From Azolla caroliniana (Eukaryota; Plantae; Polypodiophyta), in contig JBHGNT010000005.1 in NCBI GenBank assembly GCA_043228905.1, positions 3,348,001-3,412,000 on the forward strand: a stretch of DNA of 64,000 nt, in the 5' to 3' direction. The notes beneath the pieces were generated by a model. That model made no database searches, was not told the DNA's origin, and saw only the letters and a program-made list of their open reading frames with translations. Shown piece after piece: positions 33,229-45,684 of the stretch. Made by a program: the position numbers and the translations under genes. The first letter of the stretch is position 1. Every line of letters begins with the position of its first letter.

Positions 33229-36200
33229 TCACGGTGGACACTCTTGAAGGATGAGGTGCTCCAGTGGCGGTAACAGGCTCAGCCCCACCGCGTTCTGCAG
33301 GGTCCGCTCCCTCTCCATCTCCACGCTCATCGCCTGCCGCCTGTTTTTGGCCACATAAAACCTTCATCATCATCATTTTGTGGCTAACTACAGAAACGAT
33401 TTCTGTTGTTTTTTTTCTTCTGATGAAGAATTTTACCTTTGGATATAAGTAGAAGGATGATCTTGTTGGTTCTGATGCTGCTTGGATGGCGCCGTGCCCA
33501 GGAGCTCTTCCCACAGCTGGGCCATGCTCCGATCGTAGCCGTTGCCGTTGCTATTGTTGGGGGATTTGGACTGGTTCTGGCCGTTGATCTGCACCATACA
33601 GCTGACCTCCCCCTCTGAGAAGGCCTTGGAAGGCATGGAAGAAGCCCTCTTCTGATGAGCGCTGGATCCAGCCTGACTGTTACGAGAATATGCCTGATTC
33701 GAATGATGGTGCTCCGATTTTGCACCTTGTTCATTCATCAGCAATTGCTTCAGAAACAGGGGAGATGCAGAGCCGCCCCCGAACTTGGATAAGCTGTGAA
33801 TCTCGCCGCTCGCCGCTTTCTTCATGAAATTGGTCTTCCCGGCGCCATTGCCGGTGGGGTTCAACGGCTCCGTCCCCACGCTCTTATACACTAGCTCTGA
33901 CGATGCCTTCGCGTTGGAGCCGGAATATGTGCTTATCTCTCCGCTCACAGTCTTGTTGTAGCCATTCCTTTGTGGTATGTGTATCAATGGCGGCACCGGA
34001 TTTAATGATCCTGTCTCTGCTGCGCCCCCAACTGTGTTAGGGTTGTTCTGTGAGTACTCAGATAGCTCTCTGCTCCCATTAGCGCTTCTGTGGAAGGGGG
34101 AGGGGGGACCGAATTGACAGACAGAAATCAGAAGATTATCAGTAATCATTATAATGCTTGTTTTAAATCGTGGATTTTAAATGCAGTGCATTATTTATAC
34201 ACAAGTACAATATCTTAATGATATGGATTTCAATGGCATTAACACAGCTGTATACTCTGAGATAACAAAAGCATTAAATATGCACCCCCCTCCCCCCCGC
34301 CCCCCAATGATGCTATGGGTTTAAGACAGGTACATCAATCAATGCAATCAGTTACAATGGGCATTGGGGACTCAAATTATAATTAACTAACCTACATGTG
34401 CTTAATTACACTGGGCGTGTGATTAAAATGAATTTACCTGTCTGACATAGAGGCCCGCGCTACCGTAGCCATCGAATGATCGGCGGCAGCAGGCTGCCCA
34501 TCGCTGTCGAAGCGGACTGAATTGGGTGCTTTGTGTTGCATTCCGGCTTTCATTGCTAATGAGGATGATGATGGCATGTTCCCATTCTGCAGGGGAGTTA
34601 CAGGAGATGGCAAATTCGTGACCCCGACGATCGAGCCCGTGGAATAATCCCGGGTGCCCTGCAGCTCATGGTATAATGACCCGCCGCCGTTCCATAGCCT
34701 CCCATCCGAGCTTCCGTACGCGAAATCCTCGCCACACATTGCGCGTTCTGCCGGATTGTTGACACCATTGGATCGGAATTGGTAGAGTGCCATGGGCAAT
34801 ATCTGGTCCTTTATGTCTAAGCTCCCACAGGACATCAACTGTAACAAGCTTAGTGCCCCAGAATGCTTGCTTTTATTGTTGTTGTTGTGGCCCACATTAT
34901 TATTACCCTTCCCATTTGCAGAAGTGGGGTCTACTAAGGGCAGTTTCGCGTGCCCTGATGATGATGACAATGCCGCCTCCGCCTTCATCATCGGGGAGCC
35001 TTCATTCTCCATATCCATCTGCGAATTCATCGAATTCATCTCGGCCTCTTTCGTCCAATTCCGCCCTGGCGTAGTTGTCTTGCTACCAAATTGACCCACA
35101 TGATTTGTCGTCGTCTTCTCATTCATGACCACCACACCTTTCTCTTCATTAGAGCTACTACTTATATTATTAGCTAGATTGGACCTATTATAACTATTGT
35201 GATCGATATGACACTGCGATGATTCGTGATCTGGAGTAGCCGTAGGGTTGGCACCCGCATACGGATTATAGCTACTCCGGCTACTAATACCGATATTGTT
35301 GGTGTTATTGTTGTTGTGATATGGTGATGGGGCATTGGACATGGAGGCGACCGAAGGCGGGGAGTTTAGGTCCATCTTATTCAGCTCAGTCGCATGATCC
35401 TGATCTGTTTGTGTCGCGGCATCGGTTCCACACTCGGCCAAATTGTTGGCTGCCCCTTGCATCAATGCGGACACTAGTGATTCCGCCCCGTTTCCATCGC
35501 TTATAATACGGATCACAGGTTGCTTCGGTGGAGCACTAGACGAATTTGTGTTAATTAGAATCCCGGCATTATTCAGCTGATCTTTCGAATTAGGCCCCTT
35601 GTCTAATACCCCATCTGCATTAGAACGATTGAATGAATGAATATCGCGGCAACAAGGATTTAAAAAGTGAGGGATTATTTGAGTTTAGATTCGATAGAAC
35701 CTAATCTAGTGAGATGGAGGGCATTAATACTGTCTGTATATTGATATATTAATCTTTAAGAAGCCTCTCCATTGGGGATGGATTTATTTAATGTTTAATC
35801 TACGAATCCCTGTTGAAATAGAATTTGCCAAAAAATTCCTCACCACTTGTAGAATTCCTAGAGCTGTTCTCTGTGAGGATTTCGGAGCCTTTGAGGACAT
35901 ATTCACATCCATTGGCCGGAAAAATCAGATCGTCATCGCACAAATCTTGCCAGACTGTCACATTCTTGTAGTTCCTGTTTGAGGGAGGAGAATTTGATCA
36001 TCAAATGAAATTCTAACAGGATTGTGCAGTAATGATGAATTAAAAACCAATGTTTAGGGGGGGGGGGGGGGGTAGGGGGATCGAAATGAAAAACAAATAA
36101 ATTGGCGGTGGGACGAGATGTTTAGATCATCAATTGAGCAAGATTTACCTTTTATATGACCAAGAGAATGCGGATGCAAGCTTATTGCCTCTGATCATGG

Positions 36201-36587
36201 CTAGCCTTTTCTTCACATCTGATGAGAGAAAGCAATTAGAGTATTTAGAATTAGTAATGTGAATGCAACAGATTCATTTAAATTCCAAAGTATGAGCAAG
36301 GCGCCAAAAATTATTCATCATTGGCATCAGTATCACTATCTTAATCATCAGGGGAAGAAGCATCAATTTAAGCAGGCTTTTTTGGAGTTATTAAATTTTT
36401 CATTTCCTGTACCTCTCAAGTATAATCCTTCATTTGGGGGTATGGAAACTTCAAGGAGATGAGGGTGTTCGAGCTGTCCAGATCGACTGAGGTAATAGAC
36501 AACATGAACTTTGCGATTAGTCGCCACTCCATTGTTACCGCTGGAGCTACTAGTACTAGTGTTGATGCTGCTCATGTTGTTGGCCAT
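33229..36587 (-). CDS. SOK: SOSEKI (DIX-like/DUF966) cell-polarity protein. Predicted exons 36587-36413, 36218-36149, 35974-35844, 35614-34438, 34087-33437, 33340-33229
   Basis: DIX-like domain [22 protein letters not shown]...GLYLRDVKKRL...FSWSYKRNYKN...[12 protein letters not shown]...EYVLKGSE across phase-compatible GT-AG introns. TQT motif (DAATQTD) and CG motif (LLQLMSCGS). The 3' end is less certain. Confidence 0.92.
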
Positions 36588-36612
36588 GGCGTAGTCATGA
36601 AAGAGTAATGCA

Positions 36613-36651
36613 GAAGAAGAAGAAGAAGAAGAAGAAGAAGAAGAAGAAGAA
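36613..36651. repeat. (GAA)n / (CTT)n microsatellite just upstream of the SOSEKI ATG
   Basis: About 13 perfect GAA units, with another run at about 36778-36797. Confidence 0.92.
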
Positions 36652-37175
36652 ACAGGGGATGAAGAAGCAGCAGAAGATGAAGAAGATGAAGAAGAATGAT
36701 TGGAGAGAGAAACAGAGTAATTTGTGTGTGTGAAAAGAAGAAAACTTTCTTAGAAGAAAAGCAAAAAGAAAGACAGAGAAGAAGAAGAAGAAGAAGAATT
36801 GACCAACGACAGTGTGAAAAGGACAAAATACAATAATAATAATAGCAATAATATGTAAATCAATTATAAATAAAATGGTATATATGTGTATGTATGTATA
36901 TGTATACATACATATCTATATATACATATGTATGTATGTATGTATGTATGTACATATACATTCATTCATTCATACATACACACGTATATACAATACATAT
37001 GACAAAATACAAAAATTGAAAATAAAAATATACGTGCATACATATATAAATACATGTGTGTCTGTGATGATGTTTCCCTCCAATAACTTACCAAAATTTC
37101 TACATTTTATGAGGTATATGTATGTATATCATATATATGTATGTAATAATTAATGTATGTATGTGGGTGTCTCTC

Positions 37176-37662
37176 TTTTTTCTTTTTCTTTTTTTCCACT
37201 AAATCTATGTTTGTTTTTAAAACAAGATGATAATGCAAACCCTTAGCTATCTCCACTACTTCATTACTAGCGATATGGCCAGCCATTAAGTGCTCTAACA
37301 CTAGATGACATAAATCTACCGCATATTGGGCCAACATCCCCCCCATACAAACTTAGGTGCGGAAATGGCCAAATCAAATTCCCTTTCAGCCTATGGAGTT
37401 GTTGTGGTGCCCCACGAAGTCCATCAAACAAGAACCCATTTCTAATGGTCCAGTTAAACCACATCCCCCCATACCTGAGGTAGTCAAACACCACCTGATA
37501 TGATAGGGTGGGTAGAGCTCTCACACCATTAATGCAAACCCACTTGAAAGGTGACAAAAAACTTCCTATCACTGATGTCCAAATCTATGATACCACCTCC
37601 CAAATGGCTTTAGCAATCGAGCATGTAATGAACCTATGTCTATTATTCTCATCATGTGGGTG

Positions 37663-37665
<3 letters not shown>
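37176..37665 (-). mobile_element. 5'-truncated LINE 3' remnant upstream of SOSEKI
   Basis: The minus strand encodes ENNRHRFITCSIAKAIWEVV (zf-RVT-like) and MWFNWTIRNGFLFDG (WxxWxxRN-like). The T-rich tract at 37176-37195 fits a degenerate poly(A) tail. Confidence 0.6.
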
Positions 37666-37666
<1 letters not shown>

Positions 37667-37736
<70 letters not shown>

Positions 37737-37758
37737 GTGTGTGTGTGTGTGTGTGTGT
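37667..37758. repeat. Compound (CT)n(AT)n(GT)n microsatellite
   Basis: Directly visible. Confidence 0.95.
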
Positions 37759-38760
37759 GACATGTCTCAGGCTCTTACCTATACATGTTATCAATCCTTT
37801 AAGCAGCCTCCGGCATATATTCATACTCACTCGCTTCTTTTCCGTCTCATTGCTGCTTTTGCCTGTCGCTCACCATGCACACCCTCTTTCATTTGTCGTT
37901 CCCCTCCTTCTATCCACTTTGTCTCTATCCATCGAGTACAATTGCTTCTTTTGTCCCTACCCCATTATGCTTTGTTACTTGCCTTACTCTCCACTGGGTT
38001 TCGAAAAGATTTAGAACATATGCCAATGGTGGGTTGGTTTGTAGTCGGACATATAAATATGTACATACACACATACATGTGGTAATGTATCAATTGATGT
38101 TTTTTCTATAGCATGCATACGTACAAAACAGCCATAACTAAGGGTTGTTAACCATCCCTTGTATTTTAAATTTCTAGACTCTTTTGCACATGAAGATAGA
38201 TAAAAAAAGTCTCAATGTGAGTTATTCTTACCCTATGAAAAATCACTCAATCTTTTAATGTTGGGTGGCTGAATGTATGGCACCGAGTTTCAATTTACTA
38301 CTGAAAAGTGAAGATGTCAACTTATGACTTGAAGTTGTTGGACACATATGATGATATGTCTACATTTCATGATGGTTTGGCCATGAAGATTGAAGCATTT
38401 TGTAGATTGTTTCCTTATTTTTGTTTAGACAACATCCTCTGTCACACACTCCCTTGTCCATCACCACATTTGAAGAGACTTCCAACAATAATCATCCTCG
38501 ATATCCCTCAATATGTTGCCACACATTGTGCATTAGGTTCTACTTTGAATGTTCAAGATGTTTTCGTGATATTTTGAAGTTGCCACTAGCCTTTTTCCAC
38601 CAATATCTTCTCACATACAAATTCTTTTAGGAACCATGTGACTAGGCTATTCACTACCTTTTTATTCAGGTTTTTATTATTATAGTTGATTTTATGTCGC
38701 TAGCTTTCACGCCATTTGGCCACAAGACAATTTGAATGGGCTTCGTGTCTTACTAATGTT

Positions 38761-39328
38761 TTGTTGATAGATAGATAATCTTTAGTATTGTCCTTGGAGG
38801 TCAAATATGACCTGTGGGAACAAATGTGAAATGTTCCATTGAAATTTTTGAATAAGTATCTCTTGATGTTCAAGAATTTCATTAAGGAATTTTATGATTC
38901 AAATTTCACAGTGCACTTTTTGATTGTGAGATAAATTTGTAGAAATTTGAGTGGATTGAAAATTTGTGCCTGTCAATGAGTATCCCCATCAATGCCCCAA
39001 TGCACCACTCTCACATCAAATATGACCTGTGGGAACAAATGTGAAACGTTCCATTGAAATTTTTAGTATTGTTGATAGATAGATAATCTTTAGTATTGTC
39101 CTTGGAGGTCAAATATGACCTATGGGAACAAATGTGAAACGTTCCATTGAAATTTTTGAATAAGTATCTCTTGATGTTCAAGAATTTCATTAAGGAATTT
39201 TATGATTCAAATTTCACAGTGCACTTTTTTATTGTGAGATAAATTTGTAGAAATTTGAGTGGATTGAAAATTTGTGCCTGTCAATGAGTACCCCCGTCAA
39301 TGCCCCAATGCACCACTCTCACATCAAA
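38761..39328. repeat. Near-perfect direct duplication with a 308-bp period
   Basis: TTGTTGATAGATAGATAATC...CTCACATCAAA starts at 38761 and 39069. The spacer is a partial third copy. Confidence 0.9.
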
Positions 39329-41873
39329 GAAAATGTGAGCTAAGTCATACTCATGGAATGATACAAATAGCTCTCATATGTATTAGAGAGTGCAAGTTTC
39401 CCCATTTAAAGGAAATATATGGTTTCTTAGTTCGGCGCAACATACATAATCTACTCTTTGAAACTTGAGCTTCACATTTTCCCCAAATGATTATACATTG
39501 GAGCTGCAAGAAAAAATAGCATTTAACCCTACATTTCATAGACTGTTGTTGGTGACATTTGACATGGATTTAGACAAAACATTCTTTTTGTCCCTCGTAA
39601 CCTTTGTTCCACAATCCCTATTTTAGTCATGTCTATTGTTAACCCTCGCCTCTCTCTTAGAGATGTAGTCTCTCGTTGCAATTCATCATCCTTGCCATTA
39701 TTTGAGCTTGTGCCTACGATTACAACTAATTAATTTTTCAAATGCGTCTAGTTTTTGACATTTTCCCAATTGCCCTTAACCATGTCTCATGCCATTATAT
39801 GTACCATATTAGTGACCACATGGTCAAATGTTCTTCATTTCTTAACTATATGTGCTATTATTTGAGAAGTTAAATCGTCTTGTCGCTTTCACTACTCGAC
39901 CTGGAGTATTCGGAGAAATGGTGAAAAGGCTAACAATTGGGAACACAAAAAAATGGGTATTAATAACTTTCTCCTAAGCATATATTGCATGTACAAAGTC
40001 GAGTTAAAATGTTGGAGATGGGCATACATTTTATTTTACTCATGTTAAATGTTAATAATTTGTTGTGAGGATGTATATCTATGTGATTATGCATTAATGG
40101 GTTTGATGCTCAATCACTGGTTGTTGAAAACAAATATTTGTCAATATTGTTTGGCATAACTAATTTTGTGTTTTATCAATTAAATTGGGATTCTATACTA
40201 GAATTATTTCATTGTATCCACTCAGTATTAATTGATATTACATCATTGCTTCAATCAATAGGGTGATCCACGCAATGGAGATGATGACACTTTATGATTT
40301 TTTGTCACCAACCAATGATATTCTATATCATGACATTTCAACTCACTAGTAATTCTTCATTACCATCACATTTCAACCTACTTGCTCATTCCGGATATCA
40401 TGACAATTGAAATCTTGGATATATTTAACTCATAGGGTCAAATATTGCATTGGTTATTCCATTTTTATTTTGTCTTGAGGATTCACTATTAGCATGCTAT
40501 TGTTATTATGACGGTGTTGTGAAAACTTTAGTGGGATGTCATCAATGATACAAAGTTGGAGTAATATGTGCTAAATAAGCATTGAACTTCTTGGCAACGT
40601 ATGATTTTACTTCATGGAAAACTTTATAGATGACATAAAAGTCACTTAGAACTTTCATGTTGTGGATGTTTTCATCATCTTTTTCAAGTCTTATAAATCC
40701 TAATATAAACGTTTGAAATATTTATAATGGGAGGAAATTCATGAATTGATACATACTTGACATCTCATGAAATTGGTCACAGGCAAGGCTACCAACTTAG
40801 CAACCTCATGTATGCAATCGTGTCTGCTCCTTGATTGCATTATTCAAATCGAGTAATGCAGTGTGGTCTCTTACAAAGTGTAAATTTGTCATTGAGGAGC
40901 ACTTTTTTGGTTCAAGAATATATAGATGGCCCTTTTCATATTAAAGAGCATAGCTCATATGTGCAGGCTTGCATTGGGTGCTCACAATCAATAGCATTCT
41001 ATCCATACCATTGGGTCAATAACTCTTGTTGATGAGGTTGTCTTACGTTGAATATATTCTAGCGTAGAAAGCTTCAACTAACATTTAAATGCAACACATT
41101 AAAGGTAAACTACAATCTCACAAAAAATTGCCTTCAAGTGTGTATAGCCTATAGTTGATTCCTTGGCTAAAATGACAAGCATAGGTAGAATCACATGTTT
41201 GATGTCCATAGCAAATTTGGCAAGCTCACATAATTAGAAAGGTTGTATTTCTTTATGTTGGGGCATTCATGAGAGTCTAATATATGTGGTAGCTTGGAAA
41301 GAGACTTTGTTAGAGCTAAGGCAAATTATTGGGAAAGTATGTCATATACCTTAATAAGTTAATGTTTTCAATTGCACTATCCCCAACAGATTCGTAACTT
41401 ATTTAAAGTTTGGTAAGAGCCTTTTTGCGGTGCTATTTATCGCTTAAATGGACACACACACATATTAATGTAAGGTCGAGCTTGGTCACAACAATGTCTT
41501 TTGCCTTTCCCAACGTTATGGAGCCATTTTGCCAAGTTCCTTAGTGAGAGTTTTCACGACCCCATAGTGTTACCTATCGACCTTCCCACATGTGCCAAAC
41601 AAAGAATTGGCGCAATTAAATGTGAAAAAATTAGAAATATAGAGTTACATTGAGAAGCAACCAAATTTTTCTAGAAACAAAATTGTATTGATATAGAAAA
41701 ACATATACAATTTGTATTTCATGAGACCAAATGAATCGAAAGTGTCGAAAAGGAACAATATGGAAACACTTAATCCTCTTCTTCTTTCAAAAATAAAAAT
41801 CTTAGTTTTGCAATAATCTTGTTATATACTTTAGCTCATGAAAGGATTAGGAATTATTGGGATACATATTAAT

Positions 41874-42033
41874 GATGAGTAGAAGACCGATCTCTTGTTG
41901 CCTCACGGCTTTTGAAGACATATAAATGTGATTGATTCTATCAATTGTAAAGAGATGAGTAGAAGACCAATCTCTCGTTGCCTCACAACTTCTAAGGACA
42001 TATAAATGTGATTGATCCTATCAATTGTAAAGA
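41874..42033. repeat. 80-bp tandem duplication
   Basis: GATGAGTAGAAGACC...TCAATTGTAAAGA at 41874 and 41954. Confidence 0.9.
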
Positions 42034-43088
42034 CATAGGATTTCGGTAAAATCTAATGAGGGTAGAATAAGCTAACTATAAAGCCTATTGTTCATCAAAT
42101 ACAAAATGGGGGGGGCTTATAACAAACACTATAGTTGATCCAACACATTACCCCTAAGTTTTGAGCTTCCACACCTAACAAAAGTGTGTGTGTGGGGAGG
42201 GGGGGGGGGGTCTACTACCATCCTTAAATATTTTAATATATTCGAACGGTAAGAACCAAAACAAATTTAGTTAACTCGTAGACCAAGGACCAACAACAAA
42301 CTTAACGTCTTTATTTAACTATTGGATCTAAGCATGGGTTCCACAACTAATAAGTTTATCCTTACTTGGACATCTACAACACTCCGATGCCCCTTCAAAA
42401 AATAATATAGCTATCACAACTTTTTAGCTAGTAGATCAAAGTGATGGATTTATGAAGCACAATTGACATGGATCATAAGTCCTCATTGAACAAGTCAATT
42501 ATAATATTGGACCTCCCCAATATATGCCTTTTTCTTTTTCAAATGAAGACATGAACATAATTTTTTGTTCACAATTAGAGTTGGAGTAAAATTTTGCCAA
42601 ATAAAACATTAGGAGCCAAATCACACTACATCAATCATTATATTACTAATTCTTATGTTCAACAACTGTATGAATGGCCGGCTATAGATCCACAATATGA
42701 TGGTGTAGCAATGATGCATTTTTTTTTGTAGCATTAATGATGTAGATTAAGTCTCCAATACCAGATTTGTTATTGAGGTCATTGTGAAAAGCCTTCATAC
42801 GATTAAGTTATAGATCATGTACTCACATTAATGCTTTCCTTAAAAAAATCGCTTTGAAAGATTGACATTTTTTTAGCTTCATATTGCATCCATTACAAAA
42901 ATGGTTCATAATCTTCCTTTTAGATCATGGGCACAAAAAGTTTTTTCCTCAAAATAAATAGTTTCACAACATTGAAGTTGACATTTTTCCACAATGAAAA
43001 CAATAGCACTATTGACAAAGCAATCTTAATAAAGGGCTAGAAAGAGGCATTATATATACATAAGTGCATAGTCGTCTTCCAAAAATTA

Positions 43089-43488
43089 TTCCTTCATTAA
43101 AACTGCTCTTTGCTTGTCAAATAGAGCTTTTTCAATAACGCCATTCACAACGATGTTTGTTGTGTTTGATTGCAATTTGCCACCTATTTCATGACTACAT
43201 TGTGGATTGTTGGAAGGTAAATTCCTTCATTAAAACTGCTCTTTGCTTGTCAAATAGAGCTTTTTCAATAACGCCATTCACAACGATGTTTGTTATGTTT
43301 GATTGCAATTTGCCACCTATTTCATGACTACATTGTGGATTGTTGGAAGGTAAATTCCTTCATTAAAACTGCTCTTTGCTTGTCAAATAGAGCTTTTTCA
43401 ATAACACCATTCACAACGATGTTTGTTATGTTTGATTGCAATTTGCCACCTATTTCATGACTACATTGTGGATTGTTGGAAGGTAAAT
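43089..43488. repeat. 133-bp tandem triplication
   Basis: TTCCTTCATTAAAACTGCTC...GTTGGAAGGTAAA at 43089, 43222 and 43355, nearly identical. Confidence 0.93.
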
Positions 43489-45684
43489 CTAGCCCATCCA
43501 ATCCATCATCAATCAATGATATTTTCACAATGTCCTTATAAACAAACTTCTATACCAAAGTCTTGACAATCTCCGCCATCATGGTGAAAGCTCCTTTCCC
43601 AACAATGGGAGGAAATTTGCGCGAACAATGTCTGTAATAAGTTCTAAGTTATATATAGTCCTCGTCTTTCCGAGTGTGTCAATGAAGGTTTCGTCCTCGT
43701 CTTTCTCCTTATCGACAAACATCAACATGCTCTTGTAGCCAAAGTTATAGCTCTAATACAAAAATTAAACTTTCATATACCCGCAACATTTAGAGCTTCC
43801 CAAGACACATACAAAGTTCAGTATAGTTTTTCACATGCACATCTAATTCTTCGTCTAATAAGTCGTTTATTCCTAGGCTTGTTTCTATATCTATAATCTA
43901 GTTTTAATACCCATCCGCCCACCTTTTTGAGAACACATCTTCTTTCTGTAGGCCAAAGTATGCATTATTTGAGTAAAATGGTATTCATGCACCAAATGTA
44001 GTAACAATGAAGCAAGCTATAGATGTAATTCACTGCAAGCATTTTTCATGTTTGGTGTGTGGGAAAAAATGTTCGCTTTCTACTCTGCAAAAAAGTATGA
44101 TGAGCAACACGAAGAATATGATGATTTTTGGACGAAGTGAATGGAAATGAAACAAGCATGAAACATTACAATAAATAAAGTAAAATAAGAAAACGAAGGG
44201 AGAATGCACAACATTAACAGAAAGTATATTAACAAAATGGGGGATAATTATACAATGATAATAACTAATTAACCATATAATTAAACTATAATCAAGTATG
44301 AATTGACAACTAACACAAGTTTTTCTATCATTATGACTTCAATCTGAGGAATTCTCCTCCACTGTCTTCATCAATACTCATTACTTCATGTGGTTTCACT
44401 GGATGATGAAAATTTTGAACAAAAAGCAAGTCATGATTAGAATATGTCCACCCCGAGTTGGAGGGTAACAAAAGGTTGTACACCCAAGGAGGTATAATAC
44501 AATTCTATTAGCACATGCACACCTTAATTAATCAACTAGCCACAAGTGATTATATGGTTTGGGTGGAACCAATGTTTATGTTAATGGATGGTTTTATATA
44601 CACAAATGCAGACATCTTGGGAGATGTGCATTAATTGCTCTCACGCCTAGAAATCAAAACTTAACATTCTTAGCAACTTCTTATGAGCCTTTAAACCAAA
44701 AACAACTACCGGAAAGTAGTTAGACTACTCTAGGTAGTGACATTCCATCAAAGTTGCAAAACAAAGGGTGAAAACTTTCCACTTAGGTAAAGAGGCAATG
44801 GCCATTTATAACTAATAAAGATACTAAATCACCTTCTAGGCAATAAGCTTGGGTGTTGTCAAACTCTGCTAAAGAAGTTGGGTTGGAAGACAAATATACC
44901 ATTGGCGTATGTTTTCTTTTCCAATTACTTATAATGGACATGGAGAGTTTGTGCATGCCTTTATGAAGAGATGCAATGTAAGTGAACTTGACATGTGTCA
45001 TTCAAGGGCCTTCACACACTTTGTCCCATAATCATGAGAGGACCAAACATGAAGAAGTGTTGAGAGAGGGAGTTATTGTTTGTAGGAGGCATCCTCTTGG
45101 CCCTTGGGAACCATATTGTCCCAAAGGGAAACAACGGGAGACCATAAGGAAAGAGACTATGATCATGGTTCAAAATTGAACAAAGTCCAACATGTAGACA
45201 AACTTTTGTGAGAAAGACATCCAAAAAGGGACAATTTTGATTTTGATTCATCATACATTTCCTACTCTAATGCATTTCCAACTAATGGTGATTAGTGTAA
45301 GCCCAACAATTTTAAGATAAATATATAGTAAAATAATAAATCTCAAATTAAAATTCTCACTAGCAATATTTCCCATAAAACTCCGGATACTACCATCGTG
45401 TACTATCAATTAAATCAAACACTGCAGTAAAATACGAACAAATAGGAATCTTATTAGTGAAAAGATCAAACATCTGCTTACAACAGTGTTTGCCAATGGA
45501 TATCAAGTGATGTAAATTCAAATTCCCTTATGAAGAAAAAAAACCGTGCCATGCCACTATAGGATTTCATTACTTTTCAATCGGAAGAACAAAAAACCCT
45601 ATAAGTGAAGACATCTTATGAATGTCATCATTATCAAATAGAAACGATAAACAACAAATTTTCATATTATATGTCATCATGTCC

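Noticed and set aside
33212-33514. 100-aa ORF ending in the telomeric TAA as the SOSEKI last exon
   Set aside because: The phase of the donor at 33436 selects a different frame, which gives the ILQEC motif and stops at 33229.
36057-36079. Poly-G/C runs as G-quadruplexes (also 34285-34305 and 42193-42210)
   Set aside because: Simple homopolymers in introns or intergenic DNA, with no evidence of function.
36572-38085. Low-complexity ORFs (poly-L, poly-F, YI and RE repeats)
   Set aside because: These are translations of microsatellites.
39700-43750. Possible highly degenerate DNA-transposase remnants (also 18200-18500)
   Set aside because: Only vague coding-like texture, with no motif I can confirm. 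A translated search against transposon proteins is needed.
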